The notes: generated by a model from the sequence alone, not told the origin. A stretch of 64,000 bases of DNA from Octopus sinensis (GCF_006345805.1 NC_043003.1:102548001-102612000); one strand, 5' to 3'; shown: positions 25,111-37,797, numbered from the stretch's first letter. Numbers and translations: made by a program.

Positions 25111-25157
<47 letters not shown>

Positions 25158-25562
25158 GCTATATAAATGCAAGTGTGGCATTCAAATGGTGCATCCATGA
25201 GAAAAATGAATTTCATTTTTGAAAATCTATGTTCTAAAGAGAATGCTGTTCATAGACAATAATGAAAAAATTTAATTTGCAATGAGAAGTAACTCAACTT
25301 AACTCTTAGATCTACAAATTTCCTAATCTCTCTCTGCCACCATCAATCTATCACCCTCTTGTCTTGGAAGTAGAATTTTGCCACTATTGGTAATATCAGG
25401 AAATACAGCATACTTACAATAAATATAATTGAACTTTTATCAAATAATGATGAATTAAACACTAAATTTTAAAAGAAAAATACTACCTTAAAATGAAATA
25501 TAAAAAGACAAATTTCTCATTTCATCATCATCATCATCATTGTTTAACATCTGTCTTCCATG

Positions 25563-25597
<35 letters not shown>

Positions 25598-26799
25598 CGT
25601 GTGTGTGTGTTATTTTTTTCTAAATTTCCTCAACTTTATCACAACCTGCTCCATTGAAAACCTACCCCTGCAAAATTACATTAAAACAATGAACTCTGTA
25701 ATTTTCTGAAAGTTATCATTGCCTGCCATCAAACCTTGTATGTGCACTCATCCAGCACCTCTTATGTTAACTTTCTCAGTATCTCTGTTTTACTCTCTCT
25801 GTCTCCCTCCTCTATCTCTAGGATATAAAATGTAGAAATTAACCAACTGATTAATCTGCCAACATTTATATTAGTTGTTGTTTTATCGAGTTGTTTGAAA
25901 TATGATGTATGTATGTAATGGAATATATGTGTTTCTACTAAATATGTATGCGTATGATCATCAATAATTTCAAATGCTATTTCAATCCCACATCTCTTTC
26001 AGTCTTGTGGTGTTAGCAGCTGTGAACTATCACTGATTCTGCCTTGCTCTCCCTTTCATTGCAACCACCTGTAAAGAACTCATAGATTCCTCCTTGCAGC
26101 ACCCACACCTTTTACTGAAACCACCTGTTGATGTCATCTTCTGTTTTGTTCACTGATATTCAGAGGGTGCGTGGTGTGTATATGTTCTTTTGATTGTTAA
26201 TATGTGTGCATTTATATGTGTGTGTAAAAGACAGAAACAGCGAGGAAGAAAAGAAGAGAAAGTGTGTGTATGTGTGGGTAGGTGTGCATGCAGGTGTATA
26301 GGTGAACTAGTGAAAAGCTGTATGGTGTAATGGTGAATGACCAGTGCACAATAGTTTTATTCATGGTTTATATGTTAGTTCAATGCTTCTGTATCGCCAA
26401 TTTGTTTGTGGTTACTCAGGTCTTCATAGAGGTTGAAACCATTGATAGAACAGTTTTTACTTGTAATTTTTTCGTGATATTGATATGAAAAAGAATTAAA
26501 GAGAAAATCTATTTTCTCTGAGCTCAACATTAAAACAGGAAGGGAGTATATGCAAAGAATTACATTGAATTTTCAATACTAACAGTAAGAAATAGAGTTT
26601 AGTACAAAGGAGATTTATTTGTGCATGTATGTGTGTACATACATACACTATTTCTCTCTCTCTCTCACACACTCACACACACGCACACACACACACACGC
26701 ACACACACACACACACATTTATCCCTGGGCTGACCAAAGTGTTGTGAGTGAATTTGATAAACAGAAACTCATATAGACACAAGCTTAAAGAACTGAGTC

Positions 26800-26838
<39 letters not shown>

Positions 26839-26842
<4 letters not shown>

Positions 26843-26973
26843 ATCCAAACATGAAAACACAAAGAGAAAACACAACACGAGGACGTGGAACAAATATAGT
26901 ATTATTGGACGCTCAGGAAGGATGGGAAGAAGGAGGGTTTAATGTTTCGAGCGGAGCTCTTCGTCAGAAACAT
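26839..26973 (-). mobile_element. Family A (TA)n-embedded element with minimal hammerhead-like motif
   Basis: Minus strand 26971-26937: GTTT-CTGACGA-A-GAGC-TCC-GCTC-GAAAC-ATT-AAAC; (TA)n on both sides. Confidence 0.7.
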
Positions 26974-26975
26974 TA

Positions 26976-27017
<42 letters not shown>

Positions 27018-27031
27018 ATATATTATATATA

Positions 27032-27067
<36 letters not shown>

Positions 27068-29009
27068 TATAATGTACCTGTGTCTTGACACCACATGATG
27101 GTTGTAAAATGAATGTCACCCTCATACAAGCAATGCAGTTGTTTCCAGTTTTCCATGGAAACCATGTCTGACCATGGAGGTATATTACCTGGCTTGAAAA
27201 TAGGTGAGTGTTGGTGACAGGAAGAGCTTCCAGCCATAGAAAATCTATTTTGGGAAATTCCGTTTCCAATGGTTTGAATGTTGTTTATATGCTTTATTTA
27301 GGTGTGATGAAGCATAGTGGTTTATCCAACAATTGTGTTAATAGGCATGTCGACTGATGTAATAGATATGATGTTTTGTATTGTGCTTGTATCAGTATAA
27401 AACTAAGTTTGTGTTCAGGGTACTAGTATGTTTATTAGGGTTGCAATCATTTGTAATTTTTACCTCGCTTAGTCAAGTGAGAAGGCCAGTGCCTATGATC
27501 TGTGACAGAACAAAAAACCTTACCCACCAAGCCACATACTTCTACCATGACCCATGATAGGGTCTCTGGAACTGATGGAAGGGAGAGAGGAAGTTATTCT
27601 TAAACCAGAAGCCTTACCCAAATATTTGCAACTGTGTAGACTTCACTAAAAGTACTTAGAGGGTGAGGTAGTGTTATTAAACTGGGTGTTGGTTTAAGTC
27701 TATCACCCATTTAAGCCATCGTAGGATTTGAACTGAACTCTGAATGTAGACAGCTGAAATGAAAGCCATAAGACATCTGGTCCAATGTTATTACAGTTCT
27801 GCCAATCCCCCATCCTGGCTTTGTACCATTTTTTTTGTCCTCCCAAAATGGTAGAAATCAAAGTTGTCCTCAGCAGGACTTGAACTCAGCATGCAGAGCG
27901 TAAATGATTTTTGAACAATCAGTATCAGCTGGCATGTAAAGAGAGTTGTGAAAAAAATTTCCACAAAATTGTATTTCTGAAGGTTCTAGAAGTTTTGCTC
28001 AAGATTATAAAAAGCTGGAGTATTGAACCCTTAAACAGGATCACCTCAAGCACTACACAGTTACATGAAAAGTATTCTCACCTTCATCTACTTGTTTTCC
28101 ATAACATACTTTATATTTCATGAATATCATGACTGACAAGAATGCAATCAACCTTGGACTGTAATGCTGCCTTATATATCTACATATATGCAAATATCTT
28201 TCTATATAATTACTTTCCTTGCTCTGTTTACAATAACTACACACAATTATTACATAACAGTATTAACTAAAACATTTCTGTCATGCAGTATAGATTTTTG
28301 AATGTCACATATATGATGACATATATTTTTCAATATATGGAAAAATATATATATCATGAGTTGCTAGGTCATTCATGGCTAAGGACACAACCTCTTACCT
28401 CTACCTCACGCTTCTTGCCTTCTGCTCTAATTACCAAGACTAACCCAACTAGAGTAAATAGTTGCTGTTCAACTCCAAATTAATCTTAATCAAAAAGGTC
28501 TATAATCAAAACCGTTTCAGCCTTCACTATCCTCTCTTTTTGCATATCTGCCACTATGTTCATCAATGTGTCCTTCCTTTTTAGAATAACAGTGTAAGGA
28601 TAATCCTAATAAGACTTGGCTGTTATATCAGGCAAAGTGAGTGAGTGAGTGTACAGAGGTATCACGGTAGAGTGTAACTAATAATTTAATAAGATAAATA
28701 ATCATTCCTAATCTAGCAATATCTAATCATAAAACTATAGTATCACAGTTACTTACAATCCCTGATTCTTTATTTTTCTGCTTTTGTCTGCCAGTTTGTT
28801 GGGCTTCAGCTAAAAAATATTGGCTAGTTTTTAACTTCAGATAGTGAAATAAGTGGAGAAGAGATAAATTTTTCCCTGCTATAGATAACCTTCTCAATAT
28901 ATTCGAGAGTCCTGTTTTACAGATAAATAGGTGAAGTCATGTAGAAATAAAAAAATATTTTTATAGATATGACACAATGATTTCAATGAATATAAAACTT
29001 TACAAAAGT

Positions 29010-29355
29010 AGTCATGGCAGTATGGTTAAGAAGCTGGCTTCCTACCACATGGTCTTGGGTTCATTCCAACTGTGTGGCACCTTGGGTGGGTGTCTTCTAC
29101 TGCAGCTTGACCAATCAAAGCCTTATGAGTGGATTCAGTAGATGGAAACTGAAAAAAGCTTGTCTTATCTATGTACCTGTAATTCAACCTTGTCGCATTT
29201 TGTGTCATGCTGAATCTCTCTGAGAACTATGTTAAGGGTACTTATGTCTGTGGAGTGCTCACCCATTTATACATTAATTTCATGAGCAGACTGTTCTGTT
29301 GATTGAATTAACTGGATCCCTCGTCGTAACTGACACAGTGCCAGTCATGTATGTG

Positions 29356-29402
<47 letters not shown>

Positions 29403-29660
29403 TTAATGTGTACATGTGTGTTTTGTATCTTTGTCTTCATTCTGCATGAACAGTGTAGATGAGTGTCACTATAAAGGCAATGTCATTCATTTCCAGCCCT
29501 CTGTGAAAACATGTCTGGTCATAGGAAAATCTCACCTTAGGAACAATTGAGGGTTGATGACAAGAAGAGCATCTGGCCATAGAAAATCTGCCTTAAAATT
29601 CTACCTAATCCATGCAAGCAAAGAAAAGTGGATATTAAAATGATGGTGACTATGGTAATG
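29010..29660 (+). mobile_element. Composite CORE-type SINE with RTE-like tail
   Basis: Head + GGCACCTTGGGTGGGTGT at about 29075, (GT)n middle, tail GAGCATCTGGCCATAGAAAATC...GGATATTAAAATGATG. Confidence 0.6.
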
Positions 29661-29711
29661 ATGAATCTCTTACCTGGTATTTTAATCCCATATATATATA
29701 TATCATTATCT

Positions 29712-30268
29712 TCATCATCATCATTGTCATTTAACGTCTGCTTTCTATGCTGGCTTGGGTTGGATGGTTTGACTGAGGACTGGCAAGCCAGGAAGTTGTA
29801 CAAGGCTCCAATCTCATTTGGCAAGGTTTCTACAGCTGGATGCCCTTCCTAACACCAACCACTCTGAGAGTGTAGTGGGTGCTTTTTACATGCCATCTGC
29901 ACAGGAGCCATTAGTGGAGGCACATGGCCTAGTGGTTAGAGCAGCGGACTTGCGGTCGAGGGATCGCGAGTTCGAATCTCAGATCGGGCAATGTGTGTAT
30001 GTTTATAAGTGAAACACCTCAGCTCCACGCAACTCCGGCAGAAGGTAATGGTGAAACCTCTGCTGACTCTTCCGCCACAACTTTCTCTCACTCTTTCCTC
30101 CTGCATCTTACAGCTCACCTGCGATGGACTGGCATCCTGTCCAGGTGGGGAACCTATATGCCAAGAAACCGGCCCTTATGAGCCAGGCATGGCTCGAGAA
30201 GGAACAAACAAAAAGGAGCCATTCAGGCAGCACTGGCATCAACCACACTTGAATGGTGCTTTTTACGA
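29712..30268 (-). mobile_element. RTE LINE 3' end, interrupted by a SINE
   Basis: (CAT)n..TTTAACGTCTGCTTTCTATGC..GCTGGATGCCCTTCC; resumes after 30223. Confidence 0.7.
29913..30213 (+). mobile_element. tRNA-derived SINE (OR-like head), tail type 2
   Basis: GTGGAGGCACATGGCCTAGTGG..GAGTTCGAATC; 10-bp TSD AGGAGCCATT at 29903-29912 and 30214-30223; (AAAC)-like tail. Confidence 0.85.
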
Positions 30269-30275
30269 TATATAG

Positions 30276-30373
30276 ATATTCAAAATAGTTGATATGGAAG
30301 AGAGAGTATGCTGGAAATTTTATTAATAAAGTTTCCAGCATACTCTGTCTTCTGTATTAATTATTTTGAATAT
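30276..30373. repeat. 98-bp near-perfect palindrome
   Basis: 49-bp arms centred at 30324/30325; five G.T and one G/G deviation. Confidence 0.95.
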
Positions 30374-30444
30374 ACTCAATGTGCACTGGGGAGTTCCTAA
30401 TGTAGATCTAGCAATGAATGTGTATTTACCGTGGATGATGTCAG
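30339..30444 (+). CDS. Candidate internal exon (phase 0 to 1)
   Basis: TTTCCAG acceptor; TCAG|GTAGCT donor; reads HTLSSVLIILNILNVHWGVPNVDLAMNVYLPWMMS; phase-compatible with 11372-11429 and 31081-31181. Confidence 0.45.
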
Positions 30445-30558
30445 GTAGCTATAAGAGGTAAATATACTCTGTGAGCACAAAATACCCAAAATACAGTTTG
30501 GATGCTAAAATTCAAATTTTAAGTTTCAGATTTAAACTTTAATTATAACTTATATGCA

Positions 30559-30597
<39 letters not shown>

Positions 30598-30612
30598 GTA
30601 TATATATATATG

Positions 30613-30659
<47 letters not shown>

Positions 30660-30660
30660 G

Positions 30661-30707
<47 letters not shown>

Positions 30708-31080
30708 TATATATACATACATATATACACATATATATGATGTAAGGAGGAATAACTCTCCTTGTTTGCTCTTTGGTTATATTTCCTTCATTTTCTGCAG
30801 TGTGATGAAGTTTCACAAATAGAAAATTTATTTAGCTCTCTCATCTAGGTTCATATCTCTTTAGGTATTCTTCTTGGGGGTTTGAAATAGAATTTAGATA
30901 CTTATGTTAAATTCTTGATGCCAAACTAAACATGAGCCAGATGCTATATATACACCTAAATTGATTGACAAATATCTTTCATAACAACTTTGTAAAGAAA
31001 ATATCTTCTTTGGGAAATAATTCAGCTTTGCCACCATCTGCTGTTCTATCATGTATTTTACACACCTCTCTTCCTCATAG

Positions 31081-31181
31081 CCTACAAGATGACCAGTAAT
31101 TCAACTGCTTATATACATATACAGCATGTGGCTGAAAGACGTCCCATATTTTACATAACCACTACTAAGGTACTAGACAAG
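31081..31181 (+). CDS. Candidate internal exon (phase 1 to 0)
   Basis: CTCTCTTCCTCATAG acceptor; AAG|GTAAAC donor; reads (A)YKMTSNSTAYIHIQHVAERRPIFYITTTKVLDK. Confidence 0.5.
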
Positions 31182-32082
31182 GTAAACAGGTGGTAATGGT
31201 GTGTTTATGTAGCTAATATTTTTTTTTCACAGTTACCATCAAAATTTGGAAGACATTGTGAATTTGCAGTTAAAATGTTTAGCAAAAATTGTGAATCTGA
31301 GTGGTTTTTTTTTCGTTGCACCCTTTTGAATAGTTACACACATACAACTATAAAATCCCAGGTGCTTGCCAAGAATTTAGTATTTGCTGGTGCTAGTACA
31401 GGGTGCAGCATCAAAACCTTCCCCTATTCTACAAGGTAGTAACAGTTTCTTGTAGCTAATACTTTGCCATTTATTTTAGTTACGCCTTGGTCTAGACTGG
31501 TACAAGCCATGCTTTTGCTGTTGAAATATTTGTCAACAGTAAAATGTGTGAGGTTTTTTGCAACACTTTGAATATACAATGTATAATTTTCTAGACAGGT
31601 AAATTGAAAACTACAAATACTTTTTATGAATTAAACGACCCCAAATTTTGTTAGACAAAAGTATGTTGTAATCATTCTCCTTCATGCAGTGGGATACTGC
31701 ATAGTCTTTATGCATAGATTTTAACTTGTCATCTTTCACTAAGCCATTTATAAATACTCTGATTTGCATATACCTGGTGGGTTGTATACATCTCCATAAC
31801 AAAGCTACTTCCCCTGTTTCATGCAGGTGAGGCTGTTATGTTTTAAAAATATCTGAGTGACAAAGTGAAAAAATTATTGGTCATTTTCTAGAGCTTTTGT
31901 TATCATTTAAAAATCCTGCTTGATTTTACCAATGTTGGGACTGTTAAGCCTTTACTTTCACCCACCTGAATTCTAAATAATTTTGTAATCCTACAAAATT
32001 TGAAATGGTTATCTCTACAATTTGCCTCATTTCAAGATTCACTATGTTGCCCCTCTGCTTGAGTTTTTAATTTACAATATAT

Positions 32083-32495
32083 AAGGTGCAAACATGGCTG
32101 TGTGGTGAATAAATTTGCTTCCCAACCACATGGTTTGGGGTTCAGTCCCATTGTGTGACACCTTAGGCAAGTGTCTTCTGCTAAAGCACCAGGTTGCGGA
32201 AAGTCTTGTGAGAGGATTTGGTAACCAGAAATTGAAAAAATCCCAACATAAATATATGTGTTTATATTATGTGTGTCTTGTATGTGTTAGTGTGACCTTG
32301 TTTTTGTATAGTATGGTAGTCATAAACAAGTATTACTGTGTCCTTCATATGTCAGGATGTGGTAAATTATTACCGTACTTGGAAACAGGTGAGGGTTGGC
32401 AACAAGAAGGGCAACAAGCTGTAGAAAACCTACCTCAAATAAACTTCATCCAACCTATGTGAGCTTATAAAGTGGACTTCAAAACATTGATAATA
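32083..32495 (+). mobile_element. CORE-type SINE with RTE-like tail
   Basis: GGTTCAGTCCCATTGTGTGACACCTTAGGCAAGTGTC...GAAGGGCAACAAGCTGTAG. Confidence 0.7.
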
Positions 32496-33118
32496 TTGAT
32501 GTTTTATTCTAAATCTTTTAAAATTATAACTACTTATATTGCTTGTTATTTAAAGTGAGTAACCATTTTTGTTTCTTTACAAGAAGCAATAATGGTTACA
32601 CTGAGAAATGATAGTTCTTTCTATTTCAGCTGAATTGGAAGAAGAAACTAATGTCTACCTCTGGAAATCTATTGCCCATTAAGCAGTGTATATATTTACA
32701 CCTTTGTAAATCATTACACACCTGAATTCAAATGATTCAATGCATATGATGCAGCTAACTTAATTTTCTCTTTTTTTTTCTTCTTTCAAATGGTTTTTAA
32801 GAATTGTTCGTTTGTTCTCATTTCCTGACAAAATACGTCACCGTTTCATTCTAATATCCACTGTTTTATGCTTGCAGGGTTCAGATGTAGTTTATTGTTG
32901 TAGATTTCCTTCTGGCTGGATGCCCTTTCTGTCACCAACCCTCACCTATTTCCAAACATGGCAATATTTCCTGTGGTCAGTCATATTTTAGCAGAATATT
33001 GGAATTGAATAACACTGCTTGTATGACAGTGACACTCATTTACAACTATCATGCAATGTCAAGACAAGGAAACACAAACATATACAAGCACACACACAGA
33101 CACACACAGACACACACG

Positions 33119-33149
<31 letters not shown>

Positions 33150-33156
33150 GCACACA

Positions 33157-33190
<34 letters not shown>

Positions 33191-33281
33191 TGCACATACA
33201 TTTATATATGGATCAAAACTGCTTGATTCAAATTCGTTGGTACTCTTGAATTTCAAGCATGATGCTAGTCCACTCACTAGC

Positions 33282-33323
<42 letters not shown>

Positions 33324-33510
33324 CTGAACTTCTTTCAATTTCTGTCCGCCAAATTTGCTCATAAGGCTTTGTGTCAGTGCTGGGATATAGTAAAAGAGGC
33401 TTGCCCTAGGACTGAATCCCAAACCATGTGGTTGGGAAGTAAACTCGTTAACCATACAACCCTGCTTGCGACATAAAAATAATAAAAAAAGAAATAAAAA
33501 GGATGAACTG

Positions 33511-33545
<35 letters not shown>

Positions 33546-34889
33546 GGGGTGGAGAAATAAAAGGAAAAGAAAATTAAATCTAGAACGGATGTAGAAGAAC
33601 CAGTTCTTTGCTGGTGAGAATTCTTTTACTATGGAAATAGTGACAGGACTAGAATCAATAGAAAGCATTCCGGAGGACAATATAAGAAGGATTGGTGGGA
33701 AAGAAGTCATCTATTTATGCTGAGAGCTTGGAATATTTTCAGGAAGTTTAACACTTTCTCATTTTGAAAGATTCTCACATTTTCCCTGCTTTCTCACCTC
33801 CACTCCTACCTCAACACCAATGTTAATAACAATGACAACTATAGCGACAATGTTAAAGGCAATAAATTTATTTCTTTTTATTCAAAGTAAGTATATGAAC
33901 AGGTTTAAGTTATTACCCTGTTTTATTTGTGTTGTTGTTGTTACTAATATTTGTTTGTTTCATATTTTGTTGTTGTTCTTGTTTTATATGACTCTTGTTG
34001 CTGTTTTTCATTTTGCAGTTTGGTTGTTGTTATTGTTTTTGTTCATATTTGCAATGAGAAAGGAATTTAAAACAAAATAATGAATAAATATATTAATACT
34101 GTTAACTTAAAGTTTCGTGTTTTCTCCTTTATCAAAATTATTTACAAAAAAATATTTCATGTTTTTCTTTCAAAGATAACTAAAAAATATTTTCTGTTTA
34201 TAAAAATGGCTTTTCAAAGTGTTTTTGTTACATTTCTATGATAAAAGATGAATATTATTTTTGAAGTGAGTGAATAGATGTTAGGATGACAGTTGGAAAA
34301 TATTAGTAATTCAGGCATATACAGGGGATATATGAAAGCGAATAGACTTCAAAGAAAGCAAAACTGTAGAAAAGAAGATAAAAGAAAAAATACAATGTAA
34401 ATGAGAAAATGAAATCATATTTAAGACATGAACCCCGTAGGATAGTGGGACATCATAGAATATATCAGGATGAATAAAATTTGAAGGAGGATGAGAATGA
34501 GCAAAGAGAATAAGAGAATGAAGTGGGGGAGAATGAACACATAAGTCATATTAAATGGGAATGAACTAAGAGATTTGAGCCACGAAGAGAGAACACAAGT
34601 GTGTAAGAATTGATTATGTACAGGCTTGGCTGTGTAGTTAAGAGGTTTGCTTCCCAACCCCAAGGTTTTGGGTTCAGTTTTGCAGTATGACACCTTGAGC
34701 AAGTGTCTTTCATTATAGTTCAAGACAAAGTGGATTTGGTAGATAGAAACTGAAAGTAAGACGCTTGTTGTGTGTACGTATAATATGTGTTTGTGTCTCT
34801 TTGTCTTGATATCTTGTGGTACTTATACTGAGTTGTCATTTGTCTCCAGTTTCCTGTGAAAACATGTATGACCATGGGGAAATATTATT

Positions 34890-35162
34890 TTGCAGAGATA
34901 TAGCAAAAGTAGATTTTGTATGTGGTAGACATACAGGAAGAGTGCATGAGAAATATACGCTCTCAGTTACTCAGGAGGATCTCTGGAAGTAGTAGATAAT
35001 GTCTGTAGCCTTGGTGATATAATTAGTAGTGGATAATGATATTCTGAAAGTATAGTTGTTCAAATATGAACAGGCTAGAAACAATTTAGAGAGATATTAC
35101 TTCTGTTGGCAGCAAAAAGTGTCTTCCTCTGAGTGAAAAACAGACAGTATGATGCTGATGTG
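34890..35162 (+). pseudogene. RTE LINE RT C-terminal fragment
   Basis: GSLEVVDNVCSLGDIISSG**YSESIVVQI*TG*KQFREILLLL..K...VKNRQYDA matches the RTE motif LEVVD.FCYLGD.I...GG....RIR.GW.KFREL..LL; several stops. Confidence 0.8.
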
Positions 35163-36588
35163 ATTACTGGAGTTGGCTGCCTTCTACCTTTTACTTGCTT
35201 CAGTCATTAGATTTGTACCCTTTCTTCTTTAAGGCACTTTTAGTATTCATTATTTTGTCTTTCGTGTTTTATTCTGTGCACTGTGTATGTAATTTTGCTT
35301 ACCATTGCTGTCTTTACTTGGCTTATTACTGCTGTCTGTCTCTTATAACCTTTTCCTACAAGTTGTAGTGCACCTGAGCCTTAGTAAGCTGGAAGAACCA
35401 TTAATATGTTGGATGAAATTATTAGTAAAACCTCAATCTGGCAGAATTATTACCTCAACAGACAAAATTAGCAGCATTTCATCTGTCTTTAATTTCTGAG
35501 TTCAAATTCCACTGAGGTCAGCTTTGCCTTTCATCTTTTTGGGGTCAATAAAATACATACCAATCATGTACTACACCCCATTGTTATCAAATTAGGCTCA
35601 ATGAAATGTTAGTCTATTGAGATTGTAAAGATAAGTTGTAATCATTCTCCTGTATGATGTGTGAAAAATTGACATGGAAATGTGCTTCAGACAAACTCTT
35701 TAGTGGTAGTGAGATCAGTTATAAGGTCTTTTAGATGTATTACAACTCTGATATAGGAGGTTAGATGTATACCCCAAACTGAGGTGTGGGTAGAGTAATT
35801 CAATCAGCCAGAATAATTAAACATTGTCTAGTAATTGGTCACATGGGACCACCCATGATCTCTGCTTATGTTCTGAAAGTAAGATCAGGTCTCTTGCACA
35901 GGTTCTTGAGAAAATTGATGCTGTTGCTAGTGATTTTAATGTTAATATCCGAGTCTGAATAGAGGCCATGAAAATGATAGAGAAATAAAGAAGGATCAAG
36001 GTGACTGAAGATTAGCAATTCAAATGACTTTACAATTTGCCAACTTCAGAAAGTCAGTAAAATTCTGGGTCTTCTACAACTCAAATATGTACGAGATCCA
36101 TATTGATTTTCCCCACCTTTCTTAACTAAAAACAAGTTCCTATTTAAGTTAATTTAAATGTATTGCAACTGGTGAAAATAGTATCATCAGTTACAAATTC
36201 CCATTGAGTCAATCACTGGTTTACTAAACTTCTGATGGTGAGGAGGACAAAGGAATGTTTGTAACTTTGTGCTGAACAAATGTCACAAATAACTTTGCTT
36301 TTTACAGTTGTAGGTTTCCAGGTTTTTTTATGGTTCACACCATCTACATTTTTTTCTACATTTTTTTCATACTTGCAGGTTTTCTTACAGCTGGTCACCC
36401 TTCTTCCTCATATCTATCTGTCTGTCTATCATCATCATCATCATCATCCAGTGTTTTATCCCCATTAACCGGGGTGGCTGGCTGGATCTACCTCAATGCC
36501 ATAGCAGCCACCCTCACACCATCTCGCCATCTTGCCCAGTTTTGGGCATCCTCCTTTTTCAAATCAACCCTTCCAATGTATGTGGATA

Positions 36589-36632
<44 letters not shown>

Positions 36633-36636
36633 ATAT

Positions 36637-36735
36637 ATCTGTAAATGTAATATGTGACAATTATTTGGTAGCCAAGATAAAACTCCGAGTTTTATCTTGG
36701 CTACCGAATAATTGTCACATATTACATTTACAGAT
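36637..36735. repeat. 99-bp palindrome (49-bp arms, 1-nt centre)
   Basis: 36637-36685 versus 36687-36735, single T/G mismatch; adjacent to (TA)n. Confidence 0.97.
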
Positions 36736-36887
36736 AATTCCTCTATTTACATAATATTGAGGTTGCTTTCTTTCTTTTGTTATCTTACCGTTTTTATCAA
36801 TATATATATATATATTATATATATATATATATGTATATAGAGGTGTGTGTGTATAATATATATAGAGGTGTATACATATATATATAT

Positions 36888-36938
<51 letters not shown>

Positions 36939-36939
<1 letters not shown>

Positions 36940-37352
36940 CTGTTATTGTGGTCATAAAGGCTGAACATAGCGATTTAAAAATATCTGGATTTCTAAAAGT
37001 TGCCACATCTTTTGTCTACAAAATTTGTAATGAGCTAGAGACTGAAGATAGAAATGTATCACCAATATCAAAGCATAAAAAGCATTCTAAACACTCTGAA
37101 ATCATCAGAACACCTGAATTTATCCAGCAAGTTCAACAGATCATTTATTACAATCTCAGAAAGTCCATGAAGTCATTTGCAAAAGATTTCCATATGCCGG
37201 AAGGAACAGTCAGAAATGCTGTCCACAAAAACATCAGATATAAGTCTTATATGATGAAGAAAGGTCAATTTGTCAGAAAAATCAAAAGAAAAAATCACTA
37301 CGTCAGGTCTAAAAGGCTCTTAAACAAACTGAAAAATCCAGCAGAAGAAGAG
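36939..37352 (+). mobile_element. Tc1/mariner (maT/DD37D-like) transposase N-terminal fragment
   Basis: ..FLKVATSFVYKI..KKHSKHSEIIRTPEFIQQVQ..KSMKSFAKDFHMPEGTVRNAVHKNIRYKSY..KRLLNKLK: double-HTH pattern; stops before the catalytic D. Confidence 0.8.
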
Positions 37353-37797
37353 GATGTCACTTGCATACTCTATAGAATCTCTCACAAAAATATCAAGGAA
37401 GCCATACTCATATCACAACATAATAGCGAAATAAATGCACAAACTACACAAATATAAAAATATTAATATATGGTTACTGGCATAAAAAACCTAATGAACA
37501 ATGACCACAGACAAAATTATCAGGTGATTACTGACAAAGAAACCTAACAGTCTATAAAACCTTTGGTAGAAAAGTATTCAAGAATTTGACTTGCTTCAAA
37601 AATGGCAAAATATCAGAATTCACCATTCCTGAAAGGGATCAGGGGTGAGTTGTCTCACCCGTCTGTGACATTCAGGTGTTTTAACACCTTGCACTCTGAG
37701 GGAGCTACCCTCACCATGCTAAATTGCACTGTATCAGCAAACAAGTAAAACATATATACATTGAGTACATGCAGTCAATAATGTTTATATATATATA

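Noticed and set aside
27260-27475. Possible Penelope ORF remnant on the minus strand
   Set aside because: No frame gave a clear RT or GIY-YIG motif
29913-29990. tRNA genes at SINE heads (also 46200-46278, 59311-59372, 63508-63585)
   Set aside because: A/B boxes are present but acceptor stems do not close, and each continues into a SINE body, mostly with TSDs
35860-35960. SDFNVN segment resembling an AP-endonuclease GDFN motif, or an exon
   Set aside because: Short, frameshifted, and no usable donor
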